A stretch of DNA of 64,000 bases from an uncultured Methanosarcinaceae archaeon (GTDB lineage: Archaea > Halobacteriota > Methanosarcinia > Methanosarcinales > Methanosarcinaceae). Location of the stretch: the NCBI GenBank assembly GCA_963833425.1, contig CAWHXP010000007.1:291584-355583 (forward strand), written 5' to 3'. Below, one piece after another: positions 12,565 through 25,965 of the stretch. How positions within the stretch are numbered: the stretch's first letter is position 1; every line of letters begins with the position of its first letter. A model generated the notes under the pieces. It searched no databases, was not told where the DNA came from, and saw nothing but the letters and a program-made list of their open reading frames with translations. A program made the position numbers and the translations under genes.

Positions 12565-13813
12565 ATGTATTCTCTGAAATGTATCGAATGCGGTGCAGAG
12601 TATTCCAAAGATGCAATAATCTATACTTGCAGCAAATGTGACGGTCTGCTTGATGTTATTTATAATTATTCCTCAATCGAGATCGATATGGATAAACTAA
12701 AGACTGAATGCCCCTCAGTCTGGAAGTACGCAAAACTTCTTCCTGTAAAAAGAATGCCAGTAACTCTCAAAGAGGGAGGGACTCCTCTTTACAAATGCGA
12801 CCGTCTTGCCGAAAAAATAGGAATAAAAAAACTGTACGTAAAACACGAAGGTATGAATCCAACAGGCTCCTTCAAGGATAGGGGAATGACAGTCGGGGTT
12901 ACGAAAGCACTTGAACTCGGAATGAAAACATTTGCTTGTGCGTCTACAGGGAATACCTCTGCAGCTCTTGCGATCTATGGGGCAAAAGCAGGCGTTCCTG
13001 TAGTTGTGCTGCTACCTGCAGGAAAAGTAGCTCTTGGAAAAATTGCACAGGCTTTGATGCACGGGGCAAAGGTCCTAAGCATCCGTGGGAACTTTGATGA
13101 CGCACTCGCTCTTGTGCGTACTCTCTGCTACCAGGAAAATATCTACCTTTTAAACTCAATCAATCCTTATAGATTGGAAGGCCAAAAAACCATTGGTTTT
13201 GAGATTGCAGACCAGTTAGGTTTTAGGGTGCCTGACAGAGTTGTCCTTCCCGTAGGGAATGCAGGGAATATTACTGCTATTTATAAAGGCTTCAAGGAGT
13301 TTAAGATACTCGGTATAACGAATTCTCTTCCGAAGATGACAGGAATTCAGGCAGAAGGCTCCTGTCCCAGTTGTAAAAGCTATAAAGAGTGGAGCTCCAG
13401 AGATAACTCCGGAAGGCAATCCTGAGACAATTGCAACAGCAATCAGGATAGGAAACCCTGTCAACTCCAAAAAAGCTCTCAGAGCAATACGGGAATCCGG
13501 TGGAACTGCAGAGTCAGTTACTGACGAAGAAATTCTCGCAGCCCAGAAGGATCTTGCAAGGCTTGAGGGGATCGGGGTCGAACCTGCGAGTGCAGCATCG
13601 GTCGCAGGACTTAGGAAACTTGTTAAAATGGGCATAATAAACATAGATGAAACCGTGGTATGCATCACTACCGGACATCTTCTAAAAGATATATCTTCTG
13701 TTAGTGAGATTTGCGAGGAGCCTACTGTAGTGGATGCAAATATCGAATCTATCCGGGAAGCTATCCTTGGAAGGATGAGTAAAAAAGAAAACAATTTAGT
13801 GTCGTGTCCTTGA
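12565..13813 (+). CDS. thrC: Threonine synthase, one frameshift near 13368
   Basis: NPTGSFKDRG, ASTGNTS, PVGNAGN; C-terminal TGHLLKD lies in the shifted frame. Confidence 0.93.
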
Positions 13814-14134
13814 GTCATTGATCAAATCTGAAAAACGAGTAGCTCTCGTATTTATGGAAAAATGTAGATGAGTCTAGTGCTGGAGATTTTCAACAACTCA
13901 TGGATGCGACACAAGTTGGATTATAAATTAAATTAGAGTGATACGAAGATGAATATTTACGTGCAGAATCTTAACAGTTAAGAAATTGGCGTAACAAGGC
14001 TCCAGTACCTGCAATCTATAATATTTTTTAAGACCGCTTACTGGTTTCCTGTAATCGTTTTGACATGATTCATTATTATACTCTACATTTAGATTAAGTT
14101 CTTTTATCATAATTTTCGGTGGGTGTGAACACGA

Positions 14135-17042
14135 ATGGAGCATGACTATAAACCTCATGAGATTGAACAGAAATGGCAAAAAAATTGGACTGAAAGCCGA
14201 ATTTTCCAGGCAGAACCGAATAAACGGGAAAAATTTTTCATAACTATCCCCTACCCTTACCTTAACGGAAATCTCCATGCTGGGCACACCAGGACTTTTA
14301 CTATAGGGGACGTAGTAGCCCGGCATAAACGGATGCTAGGATATAATGTGCTTTACCCCATGGGCTTTCATGTAACCGGTACTCCAATCGTGGGACTTGC
14401 GGAACTAATTGCAAGCCGGGATCCCCAAACAATGGATGTCTACGAACATCTCCATGGAATTCCAAAAGATATTCTCCCTACCCTTGAAACGCCTGAAAAT
14501 GTCGTTGATTACTTTAAACATGAGGCTGAGAAAGCAATGCGCATGATAGGGTATTCTATTGATTGGAGACGGAAGTTCACAACCACGGACCCTACTTACA
14601 AAAAATTTATACAATGGCAATACATACGTCTTGCGGAAAAAAACCATAATAGTCAAAGGCTCTCACCCTTTAAAATGGTGTCCTCACGACAACAACCCTG
14701 TAGAAGACCACGACATACTTCATGGGGAAGACGCCACTATCGTGGAATATACCCTCATCAAATTTAGATATAAAGACCTAGTCTTTCCTTGTGCAACCCT
14801 CAGGCCGGAAACAACTTACGGAGTAACAAATCTCTGGGTCAATCCGAACGTGGATTACTTAAAAATCAGGGTTGAAAAAAACAGATGCGAAGAGTTCTGG
14901 GTTGTAAGCAGGGAAGCTTTCCGAAAATTAACCTTTACGGACAGGAAAGTCGAGTATATTGAGGATATACCTGCAAAATCCCTAGTAGGAATTAAACTCA
15001 CAAATCCGATAACAGGAGATAAAATAATTTCCCTTCCTGCTTCTTTTGTCAGGCCTGAAAACGGAAGCGGAATCGTAATGAGTGTGCCTGCACATGCGCC
15101 CTTTGACTACTTGGCACTTCGTGACCTTTATGATGTTGATTTGCGTGATTATGGAATAACCGAAGACTTGAAAGAGATCAAACTGACTTTCCCTTATAAA
15201 AGTACCTGAATTTGGAGAATTCCCGGCAAAAGAAATCGTAGAAAGTATGGGAATAACAAGTCAGAGTGATAAAAGAGCTGATGAAGCCACGAAGATTGTA
15301 TACAGGAGAGAATTCCATGGTGGAATACTCAAAAAGATCACTGGAAAATACGAAGGATGTTCAGTCTCGAAGATCAAGGATATCCTTACTAGGGACTTAA
15401 TCAGTTCGGATGCAGGAGAACTATTTTATGAACTCAGTGAGCCAGTGGTTTGTCGCTGCGGTACACCATGTGTCGTAAATATGGTAAAAGGCCAGTGGTT
15501 CCTTAATTATTCAGATCCTGAATGGAAATCGAAAGTTTATAAATGCCTTAGCAAGATGCGGATTATTCCTGAAGAGTATAGGGTTGAGTTTGAAAACAAG
15601 GTTGATTGGCTAAAGGACAAAGCATGCGCTCGCAAAAAAGGCCTTGGAACCCGTCTGCCTCTTGATAAGGAATGGCTAATCGAGTCCCTAGGGGATTCGA
15701 CAATTTACATGAGTTATTACATAATTGCCAAATTCATAGAGAAAGGCGACCTGGCTCTGGAGCAGCTTACCCTTTCTTTCTTTGACTACATACTGCTCGG
15801 AAAAGGTAATAATGCAGCTGTTTCTGCAGAAACTGGTATTGAGTCAGGGATCCTGGAAGAAATCCGCAGCGATTTTACCTACTGGTATCCTGTGGACTTA
15901 CGTTCTTCCGGGAAGGATCTTGTTCCGAACCATCTTCTTTTCTTCCTCTTCCACCATGTAGCCCTTTTTGGGGAAGAAAGCTGGCCCAAGGCTCTTGCTG
16001 TAAATGGATTTGTTTCCCTTGAGGGGCAAAAAATGAGCAAATCCAAAGGGCCGATCCTCACTATGGAAAGTGCAGTAAGAGATTACGGTGCTGACATAAC
16101 AAGAATGTACATACTTTCCACAGCTGAACAGACTCAGGATGCAGACTGGCATAAGACAGGAATCGAATCCACCAGAAGGCAGATGGATAGGTTTTACTCC
16201 TTTGCAGAAGATGTTATAGAGAGTGGAAAACGTGGCTACATAAGCTCTGAGCTCAAGCAGATTGATCGCTGGATGCTTTCGCGGATACAGGGCTACATCC
16301 ATAAAACAAATATTGCCCTTGACTCCATCCAGACAAGGGAAGCCATCCAGAATTCTTTCTTCTTGCTCATAAACGATGTAAAGTGGTACCAAAGGAGAGG
16401 GGGAGAGAATCTGCTATACTATGTGCTTGATAATTGGGTCAGGCTCCTAGCTCCCTTTATCCCACATATTTGTGAAGAAATTTGGGAGGCTATGGGACAT
16501 GAAGATCCTGTTTCCCTTGTACAGTACCCTCTCTATAATGAAGATCTAATGAACGATGGCGCAGAACTCATTGAAGAAATAATTAAAGATACTTCTGGAT
16601 GACATTGAAGAAATAATACGAGTAACAAAAATGACTCCTCAGAAAGTCCACCTCTATACAGCGCCTGCCTGGAAAGTATCAGTCATAAAAAAATATATAT
16701 GTGAAATTAACCTAAAAGCTTCTATTGAGGCAGGTACTTTTATTAAAACCCTTATGGTAAATCCTGAACTAAGAGTATTTGGAAAAGAAATTCCAAAGTT
16801 AGTCCAAAAGATTATTACCGAGTTCAAAAGCGGAGGTGCAGAAAGATATGAGATTTTTGATGGTCTTGGTTTAGATGAACAGGACCTTCTGAAAGAGTCA
16901 GCTTCCTTCCTGGAAAAAGAAATAGGCTGTCCCTGTTGAGATTCACAGTGCAGATTCTCCAGCTTATGACCCTGAAAAGAAGTCCAGGTTTGCAGAGCCT
17001 CTTAGGCCTGCTATTTACATTGAAGGAAGAAATGGAGAGTAA
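14135..17042 (+). CDS. leuS: Leucyl-tRNA synthetase, several frameshifts
   Basis: PYPYLNGNLHAGH (HIGH), GKDLVPNHL, KMSKS, C-terminal AEPLRPAIYIE. Confidence 0.95.
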
Positions 17043-17830
17043 AAGAAGCCATTTATGCTTCTTGGCATTTTCTTCCTCTTTTATACTATTTTGATGCTTT
17101 AGTTCTAAATCATTTCTCTATTTTACATTGGAAACAGTAGTCTCGAATTGCTGTAGTTTCGAAGACTACTCTGGTATTTTTTCCAATTTTTCCTCAATGG
17201 TTCACAAGAGAAAACTTCATCTATCCGATATTCTGCAGATGTACATAGATATAGAATTCATTTGCTTATTTATCCACCATTGTTCATTGAAAACTAGATT
17301 AATTTTTAAGCTACTGTCATATTGAGGGAATAGATGGTATTCTTGTGCACATTTGCATAAAGTGAATTTTCTCCTTAAGGTTTTTCAATTTTCTGTCTTC
17401 TTCAAGTGAGATTTATGTTCTTTATTTTTCTTAAGAGAATGTTTATCTATAAGAGACGTGTTCACATAAGGCAACCTCTTATGTTTACTCTGCATATGGG
17501 AGTTACCTCAATCAAGGCTCGAAATAGGAATAATTCTAAAATTATATTGATTTTTCAGGAAATAAAGGAATATGCAATCTTGAAATACAGGTCCATAGAC
17601 TCTTGAGCATCTTATAAGGAATCGGAAAATTCATCATTATTTCCCACTTTCTACGGCTCAAAGAATTCAAAAACAGAAAATAATAAAAATTTTAAGATTC
17701 AGGATGAATACTCTCACTTTAAAAAATGTTTACTTTAAACGTAATTACTTATGTACAAGCTTATAGTCTGATTGGTAAAGCTTATGTCCGAATATTCTTG
17801 TAATTAATCTTGTAATCTCAGAGGGAAAAA

Positions 17831-18790
17831 ATGGATTTTCAAGCTTCTGCTAAAAAACTTACAACTTCAGTCAAAAGTGCAAAAATAGTCCCGAATATGA
17901 CTGTAGATGAGCTTGTAACTGAATACGGTGGTTGTGCCTTTGGAGCAGGCAGGCTGGCTGAGGCTGTGGACATATATTATGAGATGCTGGCTTCCGAAAA
18001 AACGACTAAATTTTTTGGACTTGCAGGTGCCATGACTCCTGCAGGCATGAGAATAATCATTGCGGATCTCATACGGGATGGACACATCGATGTCCTTGTA
18101 ACTACTGGAGCTAATATGGTTCATGATACAGTTGAAGCTCTGGGTCTTCACCACTATAAGGATACAGATTGTTCAAACGATATCCAGCTGAGACATGAAT
18201 GTATAAACAGAATTTATGATGTATATCTTCCTGACCAGCATTTTGCCGATCTTGAGGAGTTTTTGCAAAGAGTTTATGCCGGGCTTCCGGAGGAAAAGCT
18301 CTCTATCCGGCAAGTCCTTACAGAAATAGGGAATAACTTGGATGACGACTCTTCCATCCTGAAAATCGCAGCAGAGATGGATGTTCCGATTTATTGCCCT
18401 GCTCTTCAGGACTCTGTGATGGGGCTTCAAGCATGGTTGTACAGGGAAGGAAATCCTCTGCATGTAGACGCATTTGCTGATATGCACGAATACATGGAAA
18501 CATGCTATGAGGCTGAAAGTGCTGGTGTGATGTTGCTAGGGGGTGGAGTTCCAAAAAACTATATTCTCCAGTCCATGCTTGTGACTCCTAAGTCTTTTGA
18601 CTATGCAATTCAACTTACAATGGATCACCCGGAAACAGGTGGCTTGAGTGGAGCAACTCTTGACGAAGCCAAGTCTTGGGGAAAGGTAGGAGAAAATGCG
18701 AAATCAGTGACGGTATACGCAGATGCAACTATCACTCTTCCGATCATTGTCGCAGCTGTGCGGACTCGTCTTGTAAAAGATGTGATTTAA
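17831..18790 (+). CDS. dys: Deoxyhypusine synthase
   Basis: [17 protein letters not shown] and [16 protein letters not shown] motifs. Confidence 0.93.
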   Translation: MDFQASAKKLTTSVKSAKIVPNMTVDELVTEYGGCAFGAGRLAEAVDIYYEMLASEKTTKFFGLAGAMTPAGMRIIIADLIRDGHIDVLVTTGANMVHDTVEALGLHHYKDTDCSNDIQLRHECINRIYDVYLPDQHFADLEEFLQRVYAGLPEEKLSIRQVLTEIGNNLDDDSSILKIAAEMDVPIYCPALQDSVMGLQAWLYREGNPLHVDAFADMHEYMETCYEAESAGVMLLGGGVPKNYILQSMLVTPKSFDYAIQLTMDHPETGGLSGATLDEAKSWGKVGENAKSVTVYADATITLPIIVAAVRTRLVKDVI

Positions 18791-19454
18791 TGGAAAAGAA
18801 TACGTGTATAATTCTTGCTCTGGACGTACTCGAGAGGGAAGAAGCACTGAGAATTGCGGAAGATGTTCAGGAATTTGTAGATGGAATAAAAGTAGGTTAT
18901 CCCCTAGTACTTGCTACAGGGCTTGGAATTATCAGGGAACTTGCCAATTTTGCTCCTGTAATTGCAGATTTCAAGGTTGCAGACATCCCAAACACCAATC
19001 GCCTGATCTGTGAGCAGGTTTTTGAAGCAGGAGCAAATGCAATTATTGTTCAGGGTTTTACTGGGAGAGACAGCCTTGATGCCTGCATTGAAGTAGCTTC
19101 TGAGTATGGAAAAGATGTTTTTGTTGTAACCGAAATGAGCCATCCGGGTGGAGCCGAATTTCTGCAGCCTGCGCAGAAATAATCGCAAAGATGGCCGCTG
19201 AAGCAGGGGCTTTCGGGCTTGTTGCCCCTGCCACCAGGCCTGAAAGGGTAAAAAAGCTACGAAATATTATTGGAGACGAACTTGCTATTATAGCCCCGGG
19301 AGTGGGGGCTCAGGGAGGGACAGCATCTAAAGCGATTTCTGCAGGAGCAGACTGGGTAATTGTAGGAAGGATTGTCTATAGGGCAGAATCACCAAAAAAG
19401 GCTATTTGCGAGATTGTTAAGGAAATTGATACTGAGCTTAAAGGAGATAGCTAA
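18790..19454 (+). CDS. pyrF: Orotidine 5'-phosphate decarboxylase, frameshift near 19178
   Basis: [38 protein letters not shown]. Confidence 0.93.
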
Positions 19455-19550
19455 AGAATACTTTTCTGAAATGTATTTCTTATTAAGATTTTGATAAATC
19501 CATAAATTTAGCTATATGCTTATTAATGGTATACACATAACTCGTAAATC

Positions 19551-21686
19551 GGATCTGTAGAAATCCTTAATTTGATGCAAATTGTCTCTATAACTTTTTT
19601 GTTTATATTGTATACTATTAATTTAATTTTAATCTCTTTTACTTGATAACGGAATTTCCTTGCCCTAAGTGTCTCTCGTAATTTTCTTTTAACTACAAAA
19701 AACATCTTCTCTGTTATATTTCTTTGATTACATTTGATTTTGTCAAAGACCAGGTTCAATTGCTTTCTGTATTTTCCACTTATTTTCTTCCTTTTTCTCT
19801 CTCTTACAGGTATAATTAAATCTGCTTTGATTTCTTCTCTAATTATAGAGAATTTCAATAAACTTCGGATTTTATTTCTTAGCAGTAATTTCTCATATCT
19901 TCCCATCAATTTCTCTATTTAATTCCTCTTTTTGGCTTTACTTTATTCTCAATTCTTTGATTTTAAAGATAGCTTCCGCTATCTTCAATATACTTTTTTT
20001 ATTTTCAATTTCCTCAATTGATGGAGATTATAACAAAAAGCCGTACACAACATTTTTAGATTTACTCTTTTAACAGTAGTAACAAAAACTCTTCCTGCTT
20101 TGAAAATTTCTTTAGTTACTGAATTGATTCTTTCCCGTTGAACTCTTTTTGAGCTAATTTTCTTATTTCTGAATATATCCTTTATTCCCAGCGTATGTCC
20201 TTTGACTGCTCTTTTCATTGTTGCATTATACCCTTTAGTTTTTGCTCCAAAGTATCCTCTGTCCTTATAAACCACTTCATTTTCCTCTGTCAAATCTACA
20301 TACGAATCATGTACTGACGCAGTTGTTGTTTGAATCTTCTGATCAGCTCATAATCTCTGTCTATTATATTATGAAGCTTATATCCAAAGTGAGACTTACC
20401 TCCCTTCTTTGTCCATGTTCCGTCTCTGTTTCTTCTTGTTTTTGCCTCATCTCTCTCCTTTTGCATGTCCTGAATCTGAATGGATAAAAGTAGCATCCTG
20501 AATCATTCCCTGCTTTATCTGTAAACCCAGAGCATCAAGTTGGCTTTGCAACTTTCCCTATATTTTCTTTGAAATTCTCGATAATTCTCTCCCTAAATAG
20601 CCATACAGTAGTACTGTAAGGTACGTATTCCGGAAATCCAAGGAATTTCCTAAAAGAAATTCGATCTATACACTGTTTCTCAAGTTCAAAATCAGAGAGA
20701 CCATGCCATTGTTGTAAAACAAGCATTTTGAATATCACAATGACATTAGTTTCAGGTATCCCTCCTGAAACGGTTTTGTTAATATACATAGACTAAAGAA
20801 TAATACGAAACGTTTTCCAATCAATTAAGGAAGCAATTTCAGAAAGCTTATCTCCAACAGATTCAAGAAGTTTATACTATTTTTAAGAGCAAAATCAGTA
20901 AGAGTTTTCATGAATATACATAAATATTGACAAATTTAAAGCCAACCATGCTCAAGAGCAGGGAGGTTATCGAAATTCTCTATAGAATGTATTTTTTCTG
21001 AATCGTATCCTTATCCATTACATAACAATCAGACTTTCTCATCTTATTTGATTGCCTTATCAGAGCACTTGCATGTTTGATTTCATGGTCTATTTTTTGG
21101 CTAATTTTCCATCCCAATATTACCTTTTTACTTGTATCTACTGATATTGAAGTTCTCAGGAAGCTTCTTCGAAGCTTCTCTGTTCTTCTGGAATAATAAT
21201 TATAACTTGCATATGAACTCGTAAATCCTGTTGCATCAATCGCTGCAACAGAGGCATTTTCTCGATATGAGTAAAACAACTTTAGAATCCTTGACAGAAG
21301 AAGGTTAAACAGAGAGGAAGGAATCCTAGTTATAAACTTTTGAAGGGTAATGAGATGTGGAATCTTATCAAGAGCAAATTTTTCTTTTATATCCTCATAA
21401 AATCAATGAGTTCTACAAAATCTTGATAGGCTATACTAATATACCCTTTCAATAAAATCAGTACAAGAAGCTGATGCTGGGTATAAACATATTTTGAATA
21501 CTTGCAGGAATAAAACTTCAGTCTCGAAGACTGAACTGTTTCAAGGCTAGTATCAACAAATTTAATGTACTTATTAAATTTTAATATTGAATATTCCTTC
21601 ATTTTTAGTGAAAAAATAAGAAAATATTAGAACGGAATAGTTATAATATAGTGTAAAAGTCCAGTTTGGAGCATTTCTACAGAGCC
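19551..21686 (-). mobile_element. IS5-family element (ISH1/IS903-like), about 1.0 kb net, interrupted by a second IS
   Basis: TIRs ggatctgtagaaatcc and gcatttctacagagcc; 8-bp direct repeat CGTAAATC at 19543-19550 and 21687-21694; transposase pieces with AIDATGF, VMDK and ITEKMFFVVKRK. Confidence 0.85.
19848..20980 (-). mobile_element. IS5-family element (IS5 subgroup), 1133 bp, frameshifted transposase
   Basis: TIRs gagaatttcaataaac and ggttatcgaaattctc; TATA target duplication at 19844-19847 and 20981-20984; LQQWHGLSD, HFGYKLH and YKDRGY motifs. Confidence 0.9.
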
Positions 21687-21791
21687 CGTAAATCAGATGT
21701 TTATCAAAATATCTTTATATTAACCATTTGTTATTTGAATATAAATCAGATGCCTATGATGAAAAATTTAGCTGATTTTATGATGAACCCT

Positions 21792-22540
21792 ATGAGTTCT
21801 GAGGCATCAAAATCGAGTGTCACATAAATTAAATATTAAGAAAACCACGAGTAGAATATTTAAACTAGTGAATGCTGAAAACTTCCTAAAGTCTGAAGAG
21901 CTTTCAGGATGTAATCTGGAAATTTTGAGAAAGTATTTCAGATATTTGAGGCATGAAGGGAATAGAGAAAGAACCGCTTTAAACCATATGGAGAATATGA
22001 TATGGATATCGAAGGCGATTCATGAGTGCAATTTGGGAAAACTTACATAGGATGATCTGTATCTCTTTTTTGATGCTTTAGAAAACTATACTTACACAGA
22101 TAGGGCAAGTAAGGTAAAGAAATATTTTAATCCAACAAAGGAAACTCGAAAAGTATCTTTTAGGAAGTTCTTAAAATGGAACAAGAATTACGAGCTTCAT
22201 GAAAAAATAAAATGCAAACGACTCAAAGGACAGAAGCTTCCTAAAGACATCGAGTGTAAAGAAGATATTGTAAAAATGACTGAAGCAGGCGGCAATAGTC
22301 TGGATAGAGCCATTATAGCTTGTTTTTACGAGTCTGGCGCCAGAAGAGGAGAACAACTGGCTGTTAGCTCAAAAACATAGAGCTTGATGAATATGGGACT
22401 GTGATTACATTCCCGGAAGGTAAGACCGGAGCTCTGAGAGTTAGATTGATTTTCTCTGCTCCATACTACGGGAATGGATAGATGATCACCCCAGAAAGGA
22501 TGACAGAGATGCACCTTTATGGTGCACATTGGAAAAAAGG
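21792..22540 (+). pseudogene. Tyrosine recombinase/integrase, C-terminally truncated
   Basis: Across frames: DRAIIACFYESGARRGE (catalytic Arg box), EGKTG (catalytic Lys), DHPRKDDRDAPLWCTL; the HxxR and Tyr region is missing; internal TAG at 22048. Confidence 0.8.
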
Positions 22541-22547
22541 GATCGCT

Positions 22548-25040
22548 ATGGAATGTGCTATAAAAGAAATACTGAGGGGTTCTACACCGCGCGTGCAGGA
22601 ACTCTTAAAAGAACTCTTAAATAAGGCATTTTCAGATAGATCTTCTGAATGGTTTAAGGATAGTATGTTTCCTCCGGTTGGAAATGAAAATCTTTCTGTA
22701 ATTGAAAGACGCGCCATAAGCTTCAAAATAATGCTTGAGGCAATGGCTTCAAAAGAGAACTCAAAAACTACAAATACATACAGAATAAAAGAAAATGAAC
22801 TTATTGTAGGAAACCTTCCAATGGGTTCTGTAGGCTTTGGAAAAGTTTATCCTCAGTACCTTACAGAGGAAGAAAGAAGACTTATCTCTGTAGCCAACAG
22901 GGATATGCAGTCTACATTCGGTCATAATATACCTGATCATAAAAGGGTATTGGATAAAGGTATCAACTGGATAATCCAGCATTGCAAAGAGAAAATAAAT
23001 GAAACAAAAAAATGGTACTGAAACCAGTGAAACTAGAAAGAATAAAAAACTCGAATTTTACAAGTCAGTTATTATTTGCGGCGAGGCACTCATAAATTAT
23101 GCAAAAGCATTTGCTGACCTTGCAGACAGCTATGCTGATACGGAAAAAGATGCTTCAAGACAAACAGAACTAAAAGAAATTGCTAGGATATGCAGAAGAG
23201 TGCCTGCAAATCCCGCCGAAACATTCCATGAGGCAATACAAAGCGTTTATTTTGTACATCTGGCACTACATAGTACATTGGATTATATATCTCTTGGAAG
23301 GCTTGACCAGACACTTGATCCATATCTTCAGAAGGACTTAAAAAAAGGTACAATTTCGGAAAGTAAAGGTTTAGAACTCTACGAATGCCTTCTTATAAAA
23401 TGTGCTGAAAGAATGAACACAAACCCCGAATACTTCTTAAAATATGATCACTCTTCATTTGGAGGAGTATTTGGAGACAGCCCCGTATTCCTTGATCAGA
23501 TAGCATCTGCAAATAATTTTCTTCAGAATATTGCATTAGGCGGTCTTACAAAGGACGGAAAGGATGCATCAAATTTGAGTACTATTTTTACTATTTTAAT
23601 ACTGAAGGCATCCGGCAATCTGGGTCTTCCAACTCCTATAATAAATATCAGACTAAATAAAAAAAGTTCTTCAGAAATCATAAATGAAACAGTAAGGTCA
23701 CTGAGGCATGGCAGAAACGGTATGCCTGCTGTGTTCAATGATGACATAATAGTAGATGGGTTAAGCAAAAATGGAATACCTATAGAAGAATGCCGCGACT
23801 ATGGGGTTGACGGATGCTGGGAGCCTATTTTGAACGCTAAATGTGACTGGGTTTTCGGAATGGTAAACTTTCTTACAATACTCGAATGCAGTTTGAATTC
23901 AGGCTGTACCTTCAGTATTGATTCAAGTTTGTTAAGAGGTGGAAAAGCCAGTTATATAACAAAAAGTCCAGCAGAAATAACGAAGTTTGATGAACTCCTG
24001 GAAAATGTGAGAACTCACATTCAGTTCTTTGTTGACAAAACTGCTCTCCAGGCCTATTCATTTTATAGCGTAGAGGGCTCTGTTAATCCGACCCCTTTTT
24101 ATCTTCACTTCTTGGAGGCTGCCTTGAAAAAGGAATGGATAAGACATGGGGCGGTACACAATATCACATTTCCGGTCTTCTTGCTGTTGCAATGCCTAAC
24201 TGTGCAAATGCCCTTGCAAATATAAAGAAATTTGTATTTGAGCAAAAGAAATATACACTGCCTCAAGTTGTCGATGCTCTGAAAAATAATTTCAACGGCT
24301 ATGAAGAAATGAAAAATGCCTTCTGGAACGATAGTAACAAATTTGGAAATAACGTTAAAGAAGTTGATGCAATAATGAAGCAATTATTGGACTTCTCATA
24401 TAATGCAGGGCTTAAAGCAAAAAAACTAGGTGATGAAACTTTTATATTAAATCCGAAAAAAGACTTTAAAAGAATTGAAAGCAACCGGACTATCTGCCAT
24501 TATGAAGGTCAGTCAATGCATAAAAAATACGGTGATGATTTTAATATGATATTCAATTTGGGCTGCGGTACATTCGGTCAGTACACCCTGATGGGCAAGA
24601 GTGTAGGAGCTTCGGCTGACGGCAGATGCAGTGGCAAGCCTGTTGCAGCAAATTTCTCACCTGTAACCGGAACTATGAAAAATGGGATAGGAAATGCCCT
24701 TGCTTCATTGAAGAATTTGGAATTGGGCAGATTCCCGGCAGGTGTTGCTGTTGACTATTGTATTGATGATACTAATGGCGAAAATGACGATGCTTATTTT
24801 GAGAACATTGTAAGAGAATTCATAGAAGAAAACGGTAGTATCATGACTTTGACTTTTGCAAATACAGATGAACTGAAAAACGTATTCCAGATGTGTGAAG
24901 GAGTCCGAAATAAATTCCTTTCTTCGGAAGCATTGCGTCCGTATTCGCATATAGCAGTCAGAGTCGGAGGTTTTAACGCGCCATTTATAACAATACCAAA
25001 AGAGCAGCAATGTACATACTTAAACAGGATTACTAAATAA
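22548..25040 (+). CDS. Glycyl radical enzyme, uncharacterised PFL2-like subfamily, about 830 aa, 2 frameshifts in homopolymer runs
   Basis: PAETFHEAIQS, SLGRLDQ, single-Cys loop DYGVDGCWEP (Cys 23815-17), GASADGR, Gly loop VRVGGF (Gly 24969-71). Confidence 0.9.
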
Positions 25041-25055
25041 TATTATAAGCTTTAT

Positions 25056-25965
25056 ATGAGTAATTGGTAATACGAAATACTTTGATATTTTATGGAACTC
25101 TACGAAAGATGGCCCTGGTACCAGGGTTGTCCTTTTTTTACAGGGCTGCTCATTGCGTTGTGAATGGTGTCATTCTCCGCATTCTCAGCCCAAAGATGCT
25201 CCTGTGCTTTTTTATAGAGAGTACTGCACAAGCTGCGGCATATGCCAGGCTGTCTGTAAGGCAGGTTGCATCAGCTCCAATCAAAAGGGTTATACTTTTG
25301 ACAGAACCGCATGCACAAGGTGCGGCAAATGTGTGCTGAATTGTAGTCAGGAAGCTCTGGTATATAATTTACGAGAAGATACACCTAAAGATATTTTTGA
25401 TAAAATTATGCCTCAGCTAAAGCTCTTGAGAAACTTCGGAGGTGTTACCTTATCAGGCGGAGAACCCATGCTACAGTATATTGAAGCTCAAGAACTATTA
25501 AAGCTGTGCAAAAAAGCGGGCGTCCATACTGCAGTCGAAACTTCCGGATCCGTAGACTTAAAATGCTTTGAGGAACTGATTGAATATGTTGATTGTTGGC
25601 TTTTTGGTTTAAAACAGACGGATGTTGATAAGTGCCACGCCATGACAGGTGCAGACTTTAATAGCATAAGGGAAAATCTATCATTTCTTGCTGGTAATGT
25701 GCCTTCTAAAATTATAATAAGAACTCCAATAATTACAGGGTTTACCGATGACATTTGTAACATTCACGGAATATCTGAAATAATGTTGTCATATGGTTTG
25801 AACACTATAGAGCTGCTTCCATACAACCCTTATACTGGACATTATTACTTGGCAATGGGTAAAGGCTTTGATGAGCAAAAATTCGAAATTCTTGATCAGA
25901 ATAGACATCAGGATATTGTGAAAATTTTTGAAGGCAAGGGGATTAGAGGGAAGTTGCTTATATAA
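25056..25965 (+). CDS. Glycyl-radical activating enzyme (radical SAM with 2x[4Fe-4S] insert), frameshift right after the start
   Basis: DGPGTRVVLFLQGCSLRCEWCHSP (CxxxCxxC), CTSCGICQAVC and CTRCGKCVLNC, GGVTLSGGEP, IELLPY. Confidence 0.92.

Noticed and set aside
14135..17042. Programmed frameshifting or a split leuS
   Set aside because: Several scattered indels, mirrored in many unrelated genes, point to sequencing error
22048..22050. In-frame TAG in the integrase as a possible pyrrolysine codon
   Set aside because: The gene is also frameshifted and lacks its catalytic C-terminus, so a nonsense mutation is the simpler explanation even though Methanosarcina can decode UAG
22548..25040. Calling the GRE pyruvate formate-lyase, CutC or NrdD
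   Set aside because: No Cys-Cys pair, the loop is GCWEP rather than GCVEP, there is no ATP cone or Zn site, and no supporting neighbouring genes
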